Positions 10,753 through 22,302 are shown, numbered from the stretch's first letter. The stretch: DNA of 53,622 nt from Alphaproteobacteria bacterium (GCA_038131935.1 JAYPQH010000006.1:1-53622); one strand, 5' to 3'. Notes: generated from the letters alone by a model not told the origin. Numbers and translations: made by a program.

Positions 10753-11550
10753 TCACTTTGAAGAGTGTTTTTCCCAGATTTCCTGTAAAGGTTTTCTATG
10801 GGCTGTGGTGTGGTGATACCATTTTTGATCCATACCAAAACCTTTTAACGCAACATTAGCTTCCGTTTTATTTGACATTTGACCGCGCAAAGATGAAGGA
10901 TTTTGAGCGACCCAACGCATGGTTTCGCGCAATGTACCTGCATCAAACATATCTAACGCTCCATTGCGATTGTTTTTCTGCAAATCTGATACACGTAACA
11001 TACCAAAGCGGGCACTTTTGTTGAGAAGTGCTTCATGGGCTTGATCAAAGTCATCAACCCAAACAATGTTGTCTTTTAGGCTTGTCAGGACTTTCTGGAC
11101 ATAATCAAGTCCACGGGTTGAACTTAAAGCTGCATAAATTTGACTATGCGGTACGCCTGCCGCCATCAATATCCATTCTGGTATGTAGCGAGCCCCGCGC
11201 ACGAGGACTCTTTTGCCTGGATAGGCTTCAGTATTAAAAAAATGCTCGGGTCCAGCCAAGGGTAGGGGGCCTATCATGTCGGTATCCATCACCATGACAA
11301 CATATTGTACATGAGCAGCTGCGCATCGTTCTGGCTCATTCTTGCAGAATATTCTTGCTTCATATTGAGGCAGATACCAACGCCTACAGTTTCCTGAAAA
11401 TATGTCTCCATCTTTTGGAAACGCGCGCCATTGCGTTTGGCCATCACATTCTGCCTCGAATTTGTCCTGAGCCCAGGAACCCGGGGCCAAAAAAAGACCA
11501 ATGGCCGCTATGGCAAACAGAAGGGTTCTACAACACAGCATGTTCTTCAT
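10753..11550 (-). CDS. Exported protein resembling a shortened polyamine-type solute-binding protein
   Basis: Signal peptide; FFNTEAYPGKR, WILMAAGVP..IYAALS..RGLD, LKDNIVW resemble PotD/PotF-like binding proteins. Confidence 0.55.
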   Translation of the reverse strand: MKNMLCCRTLLFAIAAIGLFLAPGSWAQDKFEAECDGQTQWRAFPKDGDIFSGNCRRWYLPQYEARIFCKNEPERCAAAHVQYVVMVMDTDMIGPLPLAGPEHFFNTEAYPGKRVLVRGARYIPEWILMAAGVPHSQIYAALSSTRGLDYVQKVLTSLKDNIVWVDDFDQAHEALLNKSARFGMLRVSDLQKNNRNGALDMFDAGTLRETMRWVAQNPSSLRGQMSNKTEANVALKGFGMDQKWYHHTTAHRKPLQEIWEKHSSK

Positions 11551-13273
11551 CCCTTAATTGCTGCACAATCTTTAAATAAGCTTGGATGATATCAGCTTCG
11601 GTTACCACCCCCAAAAATTTTTGATTTGTTTCATCAACCACGGGAACCGCATCACCTACGAAGCCTTCGAGTAACAACATCGCATCTCGAATAGATGTGG
11701 TTTTCGTGAACATAAGATTATTATCCTCTAATGGTATGGGAAGCTGCTCTTCGTGGGTTGTTAAGATTTGCCTTGCTGTAAGCTTTCCATAAAATGTGCC
11801 ATCTTCCTCGGTGACAAACAGTTCAGACCAATCACTTTGGGCCATGATATGCTTAACGTCCGTGGTGGTCTGTGTGCGTTGAACAACAGGCGCATCCAGC
11901 GTTAAATGTTCATGCACGTATGTGATCGCCATACGTGCCTGATCTCGCCCATTTGCGAGATCTATGCCATTATTTAATAGTGCCAAATCAAAAAACGAAC
12001 GCCCTGCAAGACGGTAGCAAAGGGGGGTGGAGAACACCACGGCCAACATCGCAGCGATCGTGAGTTCATAATTTCTTGTAAGTTCGAAAACAATAATGAT
12101 CGCCGTTAGCGGAGCACCCACCACGGGTGCAGTTAAAGCCATCATGCCAGCCACCACATAAAAGCTCATAGGGGCAAAGCCACCATCTATGACCCCGGTG
12201 AGAATGCACCAAAACAAGCCCCCCAGAGCGCTACCTGCGACCAAAGAGGGGCTGAACACACCACCGACAAACCCCATGCCTAGACAGAAAGCTGTCAAAC
12301 AAATTTTTCCAACCATTAAAATCAGAAAATCAGTGCCCGTGAATGCACCCTCGACGGTTGCAAGTCGTAGGCTGAGTTGTCCTACACCTGTGATTTCTGG
12401 AAACCATAAGGCGATGCATCCAACAACCAATCCCGCTGAGGCGGTTTTCATGGGCAGAGGCCATGAGATTTTGCCAGCATTTTTTTGCGCAAAGCCAATA
12501 GCTTTGATCAACATAAATGCCGCAAGTGCTGCACATCCGCCCAGAACAGCAAAAAGTGGAAATTCCCAACTGTTTGCGACAAGCCCTGTTTTGACCACCA
12601 ACAAAGGTGGGCGATCTAAAATAACGGCTGAGAGAACATAGCCACATGTGCTGGCAATGGTGATGGGGGCAAAAGCTTGGATTGAATAGTGACGCAGGAT
12701 AACCTCATGGGCAAAAATTAACCCAGCGATGGGTGCATTGAAGGCTGCTGAAATGGCCGCCGCAACGCCACAACCTATGGTGACCATGGTGAAGTTTGGG
12801 AGCTGTAACCCGATACGACTTCCCAAATGTCCGACCATGCCTCCTATAAAAACCATCGGCGCATACTGGCCAACAGATGCTCCACCAGCAAGGGACACAA
12901 GCGCTGCTAAAGATGATGTGATCCCTGCGCGCAATGGAGGTAGGGGCAACCCCAATTGTACCGCTTTTATTACGTCTGGTGGACCATGTGGCTTATGGGT
13001 TGGAGAGAGATAGGTCATCATCAAACCCACCAGTAGACCAGCCATGGAGGGAACCAATATGGTCAGGAAGATCAGCACTGTGGGTGATAATCCTGAGACC
13101 AACTTGGCATGGTCACTTACCAGCCAAAATGTACTTAGCATGCTCACGGTATCAACAAAAACAATGGCAACGAAGGCGGCGAAAAACCCAACCAGCATGC
13201 CGACAAACATATAGATACCTGCGCGGCCTGCAGCGTGGAGGATTGGTTCACCTTTTGTATGCACCACGGCCAT
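11528..13273 (-). CDS. CLC-family chloride channel/transporter with C-terminal CBS pair
   Basis: GVAAAISAAFNAPIAGLIF, GGVFSPSL, APLTAIIIVFELTRNY, CBS repeats. Confidence 0.9.
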   Translation of the reverse strand: MAVVHTKGEPILHAAGRAGIYMFVGMLVGFFAAFVAIVFVDTVSMLSTFWLVSDHAKLVSGLSPTVLIFLTILVPSMAGLLVGLMMTYLSPTHKPHGPPDVIKAVQLGLPLPPLRAGITSSLAALVSLAGGASVGQYAPMVFIGGMVGHLGSRIGLQLPNFTMVTIGCGVAAAISAAFNAPIAGLIFAHEVILRHYSIQAFAPITIASTCGYVLSAVILDRPPLLVVKTGLVANSWEFPLFAVLGGCAALAAFMLIKAIGFAQKNAGKISWPLPMKTASAGLVVGCIALWFPEITGVGQLSLRLATVEGAFTGTDFLILMVGKICLTAFCLGMGFVGGVFSPSLVAGSALGGLFWCILTGVIDGGFAPMSFYVVAGMMALTAPVVGAPLTAIIIVFELTRNYELTIAAMLAVVFSTPLCYRLAGRSFFDLALLNNGIDLANGRDQARMAITYVHEHLTLDAPVVQRTQTTTDVKHIMAQSDWSELFVTEEDGTFYGKLTARQILTTHEEQLPIPLEDNNLMFTKTTSIRDAMLLLEGFVGDAVPVVDETNQKFLGVVTEADIIQAYLKIVQQLRDEEHAVL

Positions 13274-13316
13274 GGTTACATCTCCTCATCATGGATGGCC
13301 TTCAAATGATGGCCCA

Positions 13317-15017
13317 CTAATCTTTTTTATTCCAGCTATCCATCATGGTTTGCAAATATTCGCCTGTGCGTTTGAGGCTGCTGACTGCAGACTCCATGGC
13401 TCCAAACTGGGTTTTATAGCGCTCGGTTAGTGCTGTAACTTTTTCTTCAAGATCAGCAAGGCGGTCATTGGTATCATCACGTTGTTCGTTCAGAATATTT
13501 GTGCGCTCTTGAAGGACGCCAGAACTGGCCAAGACTTCAGAAAGATAGGTTTGCAAACGGTCGATAAAACTCGTCCCATGATTTACTTGGGTGGTGAAAT
13601 CAGAACCTGTTTGGGCTGCAGGAACAGAGATCACCAACCCATCGGTTAGACTGCCGCTAGATCTGAAGCTTAGTGAGCCATCTGCATTGGTCACTTTGGT
13701 TAAACTCTCACCACCTAAGGTGGCGGTTTCATTGCTTGCATCAAAAACGAAGGCATATTGACCAGCTGTTGCTTCAGCACCGGTTGTTAGCTGAACGCCA
13801 ATTTCTGACATGTCAGCGGATTGTAGAGAGCTGAAAACAGCATCAATTTTTTCTGGATTGCTTGCAAGAACACTGTCAAATCTATCCTCATCCAAACTCA
13901 AGCTGCCATCTCGCTCGGTGCGCACACCAAGTTCTGCAAGATAAATGTCATCGGCCCCAAACCCTGCGATTGCTGTTGTGGTCAGATTGCGTAATTGGGT
14001 TTCAATGGATCGCGCTGCAGTATCCCCAGCAAGTTGGCCATCAGCTGCACCGTTTAGGCCGCGTGCCGTCTCTGTTTTTAGGAAAGTTTTGATGCTGTTT
14101 AGCTCTTCTAGAAAAGCATTCATGCGGGTTTTCATGTCATCATTGTCGGTTTGTGATGTAACCGTGATGGGGGTGTTGGCCCCTGGTGCGGTGTTCAGCG
14201 TGATTTCATGGCCCGGAAACAAATCTGTAAACCTATTGGTTGTGCGGGTTACATCGACATTGTCCACGGTTAATTCAGCATTTTGGGCAGCCTGAGCTTG
14301 GTGGTCCGCCCAATCACTGGCGTTTGTATCAGCCTCAAATTGAAAATCTGCAATCGCATCTCCACCATTTGTTGGTGTGGTGGAAATTTTGATCGCATTG
14401 TCGGCACCGCTGCTGGTCTTTACCAACATGCTCAAGCCATTACCTGTATCAATGAGGCGTGCGGACAAACCATCTATATTGTCTATGGCTTCCACGAGTT
14501 CCTCAAGCGAATCACTGCCGCTTGCAAGGGTGATCTGGGCATTGCTGCTCGCATCTTTGTCCGTGAAACTGTACGTGCTGTCTCCGTTGTCTGTCCACGT
14601 ACCTGTTTCGATCACAATCGATGCAGGCCCGACACTATCGCTTGCCAGCATGTTGCCAAAATCAAACTGTAATGTTTGTCCTGAAGCCAGTTGATTGACG
14701 GTCATAGATACATCAATGTCTTTCGCGATGGATTCATTGGTGACCGACATAGAAATGGCGCTATTGTTGCTGCTTACACTGCGTGCGGTGCTGCTTTTGA
14801 TGGTGGTGAGGTTGCTATCAAGGCTATTGATCCGAGATTTGAGTGTGCCGAGGGAGGAAACGGTCACATCAATATCCTCGAGGCTTTTTTCAAGCTGACT
14901 ACGCTCTGTGCTTGTTTCTGCCGTAACCAAAGATGTGACCAACCCAGAAATGTCTAAGCCACTGCCACTGTTCTTATTCAGTTGCGAAATAATATCTGTA
15001 CCGGTTGTGGTGCTCAT
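13317..15017 (-). CDS. fliD: Flagellar filament cap protein FliD (HAP2)
   Basis: GSGLDISGLVTSLV, VNQLA, AQNAELTVDNV..TRTTN, C-terminal ERYKTQFGAME. Confidence 0.93.
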   Translation of the reverse strand: MSTTTGTDIISQLNKNSGSGLDISGLVTSLVTAETSTERSQLEKSLEDIDVTVSSLGTLKSRINSLDSNLTTIKSSTARSVSSNNSAISMSVTNESIAKDIDVSMTVNQLASGQTLQFDFGNMLASDSVGPASIVIETGTWTDNGDSTYSFTDKDASSNAQITLASGSDSLEELVEAIDNIDGLSARLIDTGNGLSMLVKTSSGADNAIKISTTPTNGGDAIADFQFEADTNASDWADHQAQAAQNAELTVDNVDVTRTTNRFTDLFPGHEITLNTAPGANTPITVTSQTDNDDMKTRMNAFLEELNSIKTFLKTETARGLNGAADGQLAGDTAARSIETQLRNLTTTAIAGFGADDIYLAELGVRTERDGSLSLDEDRFDSVLASNPEKIDAVFSSLQSADMSEIGVQLTTGAEATAGQYAFVFDASNETATLGGESLTKVTNADGSLSFRSSGSLTDGLVISVPAAQTGSDFTTQVNHGTSFIDRLQTYLSEVLASSGVLQERTNILNEQRDDTNDRLADLEEKVTALTERYKTQFGAMESAVSSLKRTGEYLQTMMDSWNKKD

Positions 15018-15046
15018 GTGCTGATCCTAATGACTTTCCTTTTTTG

Positions 15047-15072
15047 GTAACGTCCAGATACCAAAATATTTA
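15047..15072 (-). promoter_or_regulatory. sigma28-like promoter of fliD
   Basis: Minus strand TAAA-N14-GACGTTAC. Confidence 0.55.
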
Positions 15073-15260
15073 GCCAAAACGCTTGCCAATTGACGCGAAA
15101 AAGAAGCACTTTTATTGATTTCACAGTTTTTGTGAGGCTTTGATGTTCTATCTTTTACGCACATGGTTTGAGAGATTTGGCTCATGTTCTCCCATCAGTA
15201 TGAAATGTCTCGTTTTTCCTATGTTGCTTGATGTTTCTTACGCATTCTCATGGCTGTTGA

Positions 15261-15276
15261 TGCAACTTGCATGCCG
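15261..15276 (-). promoter_or_regulatory. Possible sigma54 site upstream of fliD
   Basis: Minus strand CGGCATGCAAGTTGCA (GG-N10-GC). Confidence 0.45.
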
Positions 15277-15312
15277 TAATCGTATATGGCTGCATCAGGG
15301 TTCTGATGGCTG

Positions 15313-15666
15313 CTACATTTGCAATAATGCTTTTCGGCAATTGGTAGAGGTGTAGGTTGCCGCTTTTATAAAGCCTACTTTTCCAGTCTGGCGATCAATG
15401 ATTAAACGGCCCCAAGGGGTGTTGGCCGCCAATTCATCATCGGTTAAGCTGTCAATGACAACGGTGAGGTCGCCCTCTTTGCTCTCAATATGAAGCTTCC
15501 CGCCTACAAATTCTTCATTGAAGCTTATCCGATGCGCAATCGCATCAGGGGTTTCACATAAGTAGGTCTCTTCAAAAAAACGACTCAGGATATCACAGCC
15601 AGAAAGTCCCATAAGTAAAGTGATAAGGGTAAGACTAGGAAACCACTTTTTCGTTTGTGTCATCAT
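15313..15666 (-). CDS. Hypothetical lipoprotein
   Basis: MMTQTKKW, hydrophobic stretch, lipobox LSGC. Confidence 0.65.
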   Translation of the reverse strand: MMTQTKKWFPSLTLITLLMGLSGCDILSRFFEETYLCETPDAIAHRISFNEEFVGGKLHIESKEGDLTVVIDSLTDDELAANTPWGRLIIDRQTGKVGFIKAATYTSTNCRKALLQM

Positions 15667-16246
15667 CTTGCTCCTCATCACCTTCTTCACCATCTGTTGC
15701 GTCACTATCTTCAGCAGGCTCCCTATCCTCAGCTTCATCTTCCTGCTCGGTGGAAGGATCTATCTCATCGGTTTCTGTGGCTTTGCCTTCCTCGATGAGC
15801 CTACGGGCATCATGCTCAGACACTTCAATCATCATTCCTTTGGGAATCTTTACCCCATGGAGAATGCAATCTTCGATAATCTCAAGTCTTAGGTATATTT
15901 GATCAACAGCTTCATTTGTTTGGTCTGCCTGTGCAGCAGCTTCCTCATCAGCTGATGGTTCTTGACCATTTACGTCCTCACCCTCAGCTTGTGCTGGCTC
16001 TTCTTGGGGAACAAGCCCACGCATCACTTCTTTCCCCATCACACTCGCTTGATCGCGAAGGTGATGTATACGTTGGCGCAAAACCCGCAACCGTGCGGCG
16101 AGAACTGCTAATCTCAAAACACCGTCTGTGCTCGAAGAAAAAGTTTGCCGCAAAGCTTTGAGGACAACATCAAGGGGCTTTCCATCAAGCTGGGAGAGTA
16201 TAATATCACGTCGTTGTGTGATCACGTCATCATCATCGGTTGTCAA
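15635..16246 (-). CDS. Hypothetical acidic protein divergent from flgB
   Basis: 203-aa ORF with a helical N-terminus and an Asp/Glu-rich C-terminus. Confidence 0.65.
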   Translation of the reverse strand: MTTDDDDVITQRRDIILSQLDGKPLDVVLKALRQTFSSSTDGVLRLAVLAARLRVLRQRIHHLRDQASVMGKEVMRGLVPQEEPAQAEGEDVNGQEPSADEEAAAQADQTNEAVDQIYLRLEIIEDCILHGVKIPKGMMIEVSEHDARRLIEEGKATETDEIDPSTEQEDEAEDREPAEDSDATDGEEGDEEQDDDTNEKVVS

Positions 16247-16277
16247 TTTACCACCTCACATCATTTGTGGAATTTGT

Positions 16278-16294
16278 TTGGCATCATCCTTGCA
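16278..16294 (+). promoter_or_regulatory. sigma54 promoter of the flgB operon
   Basis: TTGGCATCATCCTTGCA. Confidence 0.8.
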
Positions 16295-16358
16295 AGTGTC
16301 ATTCCATACCCAATCAATCTTGGGCTGATTTTACATTGACTGCAACGGAAAAGGTGAC

Positions 16359-16751
16359 ATGGCAACAGAAACGATAAGAGATTATCTTTCTTTACAAGCA
16401 GAGGTTCTGTCTTTGCGTGAAAAGCGTAACCTTATTTTGGGGTCAAACATCGCGAATGCAGCAACCCCACATTACAAAGCCCGTGATATCAATTTTCAAG
16501 AAGCATTAGAAAAGCGTTTGCGCACGCCCTTGGATGCTGGCATGCGTCAGCCGAGACATCTTCCCCTCACAGGTGGATTCGATGCTGATGTTGGCTATCG
16601 TCAGCCTTTGCAGCCATCCATGGATGGCAACACGGTAGAATTAGGTGTTGAGCAAATGCAGTTTTCGGAGAATGTGGTCCGCTATCAAGCGACCTTGTCA
16701 ATGCTGAACAAAAGAATCAGTGGTCTGATGACCGCGATCCGTGGAGAATGA
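16359..16751 (+). CDS. flgB: Basal-body rod protein FlgB
   Basis: SNIANAATPHYKARD, DGNTVE. Confidence 0.95.
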   Translation: MATETIRDYLSLQAEVLSLREKRNLILGSNIANAATPHYKARDINFQEALEKRLRTPLDAGMRQPRHLPLTGGFDADVGYRQPLQPSMDGNTVELGVEQMQFSENVVRYQATLSMLNKRISGLMTAIRGE

Positions 16752-17170
16752 AGATGACCGGTGTTGATAATATTTTCCAGATTGCAGGTAGGTCCTTAGG
16801 GGCACAACAGGTGCGGCTTAATACCATCGCAAGTAACCTTGCGAATGCAGGTGCGAAGGTGGGCAGCAAAGCAGAGGCCTATCAGCCTCTGAAACCAGTG
16901 TTTGAGGCCGTGATGTCTGACAGGGTTGGAAATACAGGGTTGGCTGGCGTTGAAGTTGCGGCCGTCGTGGCTTTGCAGCGTGATCCTAAGCGAATTCATG
17001 AGCCTGACCATCCTTTGGCGGATGAAGAAGGCTTTGTGTATGAATCTGCGGTCAATGTGCAGGAAGAGCTGGTGGAGATGATGGAAGCCAGTCGGCAGTA
17101 TCAGAACAATTTGAAAGTGGTTTCAACCATCCGAACGCTCATGTTGCGTACGGTGGATATGGGCAAGTGA
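16748..17170 (+). CDS. flgC: Basal-body rod protein FlgC
   Basis: RLNTIASNLANA, EPDHPLADEEGFV, EMMEASRQYQNN. Confidence 0.95.
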   Translation: MKMTGVDNIFQIAGRSLGAQQVRLNTIASNLANAGAKVGSKAEAYQPLKPVFEAVMSDRVGNTGLAGVEVAAVVALQRDPKRIHEPDHPLADEEGFVYESAVNVQEELVEMMEASRQYQNNLKVVSTIRTLMLRTVDMGK

Positions 17171-17204
17171 TGGGTATGACGAAAAGACAAGCGGGAGACA
17201 CCCA

Positions 17205-17900
17205 ATGAGTGATATAAACAAGGTTCAAGATGCGCAAAATGCTCTGTTTGATAAGTTGGGCATCAAGACAAAAGCGGAGGCTGATCGGGCCACGTCAAAT
17301 GAATTGGGTCAAGAAGAGTTCTTGCGTTTGATGACGGCGCAATTGCAAAATCAAGATCCATTCACACCCATGGAAAATGGTGATTTCATCGCACAAATGG
17401 CCCAGTTCTCAACGGTTGACGGTATCAACCGTATGAGCACCGGGTTGAGCGATATTGCCTCACAAATCGAGCAGTTCCGTGTTGCCATGGCGACAAATCT
17501 CATGGGGCATGACGTCTTGGTTCCTGGGAATGTGGGGCGCGTGAATGCGGATGGTGAACTTCATGGAGCGTTGGAGCTTCCACAAACAGCGCTCGCGGTA
17601 ACCTTAAAGTTTTTGGATGCTGAGTCTGGAGAGTTGCTGGAAACCCAAGAATTGGGTGGCCAGGCCGCAGGGCTTGTTGGGTTTTCGTGGTTGGATACCC
17701 CTGATCTTTATCGTGATGGTTCAAAATCCATTTTGGTTGAGGCGATTGTCGATTCTGGCAATGGCCCAGAGAGTTTTTCACCAGCGCTGTTTGCGAAGGT
17801 GATGGGGGCGGAAATCGGCGCTGAAGATGGTGCTATCCGCCTGGATGTTCGGGATAACGGTCTTGTCCGCGTGGATGAGGTCAAGAGGTTCAAAATTTAA
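17205..17900 (+). CDS. flgD: Hook capping protein FlgD
   Basis: FLRLMTAQLQNQDPFTPMEN..FIAQMAQFS. Confidence 0.95.
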   Translation: MSDINKVQDAQNALFDKLGIKTKAEADRATSNELGQEEFLRLMTAQLQNQDPFTPMENGDFIAQMAQFSTVDGINRMSTGLSDIASQIEQFRVAMATNLMGHDVLVPGNVGRVNADGELHGALELPQTALAVTLKFLDAESGELLETQELGGQAAGLVGFSWLDTPDLYRDGSKSILVEAIVDSGNGPESFSPALFAKVMGAEIGAEDGAIRLDVRDNGLVRVDEVKRFKI

Positions 17901-17948
17901 GTGCATGGCTTAACCGCCCTCGAGCGGTAAAAAACAAGGAGATGCAAC

Positions 17949-20900
17949 ATGTCGTTTTATACAGCATTGACAGGATTGAATGGTGCCCAGGCCGATATTT
18001 CGGCGACATCAAACAACATCGCAAACGTCGGGACAACGGGTTTTAAAAGAAGCCGCGCAGAATTTGGTGATATCTTCGCAACATCACCATTGCAGAATTC
18101 TTCTTCATCAATTGGTTCTGGTTCGATTTTGAAAGGTGTGAAACAGCAGTTTACCCAAGGTAACATTGCCTCATCATTGAACGCGCTTGACTTGGCTATT
18201 TCGGGGCAGGGTTTCTTTGCGCTCAAGCCCTCGCTCACATCTTCTCAAGTTGTCTACACGCGGAATGGTTCATTCAACGTTGATAACAACCGTAACGTGG
18301 TCGATTCCACAGGTCAGTTTCTTTTGACATATCCTGTGAACGATGACGGATCCGTAACATCTAAATCCATAGGTGATGCGGTTCCTTTGCAATTGCCGAT
18401 CACATCTGGTGATCCTCAAGCGACAGCGAATATTGACCTTGCGGTTAACCTTCCTGCTGATGCGCCTGTGATCCTTGATAACCCCAAATTTGCAGAAGGT
18501 TATCAGTTCAGTCCAAATGATCCTTCAACCTTCACCAACTCAACCTCGCTGACGATCTTCGATGATTTGGGTAACCCAACCATTGCGACGGTGTATTTTA
18601 TCAAAACCCAAGCGGCAACTGCCGATGATCCGACCAACAAATATGATACCCGTTTGGTGATCGATGAAACGGTTATCCAGCCTGACCTGGTGGCATCAGT
18701 TGACGATAATGGCCGCCAATTGTTTATTGACCGTTTTGGCAATCAAACAACAAGGGATCAAATCCCAGATGATAACTTCTTCCTTGAAGGAAAAGGTTCG
18801 CCACTTTACCGCTTAGACGATCTGAATGATAAAATTCCATCCCAGCCAGCTCGATTGACAGGCTCACAAAGTGGGTTTGATTTCGGTGAGGAAGGCAACA
18901 AGCTGATCGAAATCACAAATGATCCCGTGAAATTTAATGCTACGAGAGAAGCTGGGAATTCATCAAGCTCTATTTATTGGGGCAAGGACTTCCTTTTGGT
19001 GAATGTGGATGATGGTGACGTTCCTGTAAGTATTGACTTGCGTCCTGGTAAATATATGCCCAAGCACTTGCTGCCGAGGTGGAGCGCGCGATTAATGAAG
19101 CTTATGGGGATGATAAGAAGCTACAGGTTCGTTCCAACGTCGATGACATCTTAACGGTGGATTTGTTTACATTAAACCCAGCTGATGGCACGTTGAATTC
19201 TCTTGCGACGCCCATTTCTGTCGATCTTTTGCAGCCTACATTTGTGTCTGAGCAATTAGGTGTTGATGTAAGCGGCTCATCTCCTGATTTTACCAGAGAA
19301 GAGTTCTTGGCTCATGCACAGGTTCGTCTCAATGAAGCCATGGATGCATATGTGGTCAAGGATGGAAACCAGTTAGGCGTGGAAGACAGTTTCTTCGCCA
19401 AGGTTAAAGGCTCGGCCATGACCGCCGTGTTCGAGGAGACAGAGGTCGTAAAATTTCAACATAGTTACAATGGTGACACAGGGGTTGTAAAAGAAGATTT
19501 GCATCTTGCTTACTCTTATTATGGTCAATCTCCAGAATTGACCGTTTACAAAGACTTCCATCCGCTATCTCAAACACAGGGTACATCAGATGGCAGCAAA
19601 ATTGTTTATGACTCCGCGAACAATATTTTAACCATTGATTTTGGTTCAAACCCGCCTGCGGAAACATTCGCACCCGATAGTGTGGTGCGTTTGGCAGGTA
19701 ATTTTGGTTCGCAGAATAGTTTGTTAAATGGTCGTGAATTGAGGGTCTTAGAGACTGTTGGTAATACCTTGCGGATTGCCACAACAGGACTTGGTTTCCC
19801 TGACTCCAACTTCACCTTGCAAGACCAGCTGCCTGTCGATGCACCTACCAACATGGCTATTTTGTATAATGAGTCAGATTCTGTAGAAGCCTATTTCGAG
19901 GGTGCAGATTTACGTCCAGACGGTGCTGTAAACAGCTACAATTCGAAAAAAATCGTGTTGCGTGAAACGCAATCGGCTGTCCATTCAGGACGGGCCCATG
20001 AGTTGCTTGATTCAACGGGTGTTAATTTGAGTGTTTTTGATGGTTTTGAAAGTTTGAGCTATTCAAGCGCCGACAATGCACTCACAGAATTGGGTTTTGA
20101 AGCCGTTTCCATTTCAAGTGCTGATACCAATGTGGTTCAACCAACGGTAACAAATGGAGAAATCACTTTTGCCGGTGACATCTCCGCAGAAGCTGCAACC
20201 TACAGCGAAAATATCGCCATGGTCATTAATGGCATTGAGGTGTCTTTCACAGTGGCTGGGGAGATAATCCCGCTGCTGTTGCAACAAAGGCAGTGACGGC
20301 GATCAATGCAGCACTTACCGAAAGAAGCATTGACGGTTTTGTGGCTGAAGTTGACCCAGCAAATACAACTATAGCCCGTTTGGTGCCTTCTAATGTATCG
20401 GTGACAGCACCAGCTGATGTTGCAGGAACGTTCACATTTGGTGCGGCAAGTGGCGATAGGAACGTCATTACATTGGCGGGTGTGGGTGCTGCAACACCAC
20501 AGAGCATATCTGTGTCTGTCGCAGGGGTACAGGTTTTTGTATCTATAGATGATACGGATAATGACTTAACCATAGCCTCAAAGATCGCTTCTGCGCTGAA
20601 TGAGCAAGGTGTGCCAGGCTTTAAAAGCACGGCAAGTGGTGCTGCAGGTAATGCGCAAGTGGAATTCCAATTTGTGGGGTACTCCCAAACCACGAGTTGG
20701 GTTGATGATTTGGATCCACCCATTGATATTTCTTATGATGCTGCAAACCAGCGCTTCCAATTTGGTATCAATCACACAGTATTGGGCCCAGCTGGAGCCA
20801 ACTATAGAGCGTTCAAAGTGTTTGGGGCTGAATCAGCAGATGCCACAAACAATCTGGGTATCCCAAGTGCGGATGCTGCAGAACAGGTCGCGATTGGAAG

Positions 20901-22269
20901 TACCGCGGTTATCAGCGCACGTCCATTTGTGGCGGATGGTCCAGAATTGCAAATCAATGCGAAACGCTTCGGTGTAGAGGTTGAATACAACTCTGATACC
21001 AAGAGCTTTACATTCTCCAGTGGTACCACGGGTGAAAATATTGACGCCAATGGTGCCTTAGGCGTTGAGAGTGACCAATCTGCCTCAAATATCCAAGTTG
21101 GGCGCTATGCAATTTCCACCGAGGATGGTTCCGTGGTCAACGACTCCTTTGATACCGCAACCCGTGCTATGGGCTTGGGCGATAACTCCTTGATGGGGGT
21201 TGGTGCAAGTAAGAATGATGTGATCTTCGAAGGTCCTCGTGGTAAAGCATCCCAGCCTGCACAGGCGATTGGTGCTTCAGCAACCGAGCCATTGGATGAG
21301 ATCTTCAATTTGTCTTCAGCAGGTGGTGCCAATATTTTCAACGTTTCTGTTAATGGTATTTCTGGTGTTATTGAAATCCCACCAGGGAATTATGTGGGAT
21401 CAACCTTAGCTGAGCAGCTTCAAACACGTATCAACCAGATTATTGATGGTGATACAGGTGAAGTTGTTGGTGGCGTACAGGTTCAATACCGCCCTGAGAC
21501 CAACAATTTCGTGTTCACCACGGGGACAACGGGTGACACCTCAACAATCAAGGTCAAAGGATCCGCACGTCTTGGTTTGGATGATGTTCCATTGGGTGTG
21601 GGTACGGTTCCCGAAATTGTGAACCTTGTCCAAGCCACCAATGATGCTGGGGTACCTCTTTATGTGAACGCAGCTGGTGAAATTGTGGAAACCCCACCAG
21701 AATCGCTGGTGACAGATTATTACCCGCTTTATTTGGATGAGGGTGAATTGACATTTGACAAAACCGGTCAGTTGGTCAGCCCGTTGAATAGGGTTCATTA
21801 TGAACAACAGGCAGCAGGCTTCTCCATTTCCTTGGATGTCGATTACAGTCAATCCACACAGCTCGCCCAGCCATTCTCAGTCCGGAACATTGAACAAGAT
21901 GGTTTCACATCTGGTCGACTTGATGGTTTGGATATTGATGCCACCGGTTTGTTGCGCGCCAACTATACCAATGGTGAAAACAAACCGCTTGGGAAAATTG
22001 TGCTGGCCAACTTCAACAACCAGAATGGTTTGAAGCAGATTGGTAATGCAACCTTCGTTGAAACAGCAACATCGGGTACACCAACATTTGGTGAGGCGGG
22101 TGCAGAAGGCTTTGGTTCTATTCAATCTGGTTCGTTGGAACGTTCAAATGTCGACATCACCGAAGAACTGGTGAATTTGATCACGGCCCAACGGAACTTC
22201 CAAGCGTCATCAAAAGCGATTGAAACATCAACGCAGTTGACGCAGACCATTATCAATATTCGGTCTTAA
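17949..22269 (+). CDS. flgE: Very large flagellar hook protein FlgE (about 1,440 aa), split here by two single-base frameshifts (near 19056 and at the G4 run 20258-20261)
   Basis: N-terminus SNNIANVGTTGFKRSRAEFGD, LDLAISGQGFF, YTRNGSF; C-terminus SGSLERSNVDITEELVNLITAQRNFQA. The three ORFs join on adding one base at each junction. Confidence 0.9.
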
Positions 22270-22302
22270 GGGGCTTGGGTAAGGTAACCAGGGGGTAAAA
22301 AC

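Noticed and set aside
17949-22269. Three separate genes or programmed frameshifting in flgE
   Set aside because: Adding one base at each junction restores continuous sequence; no slippery heptamer or stimulator seen.
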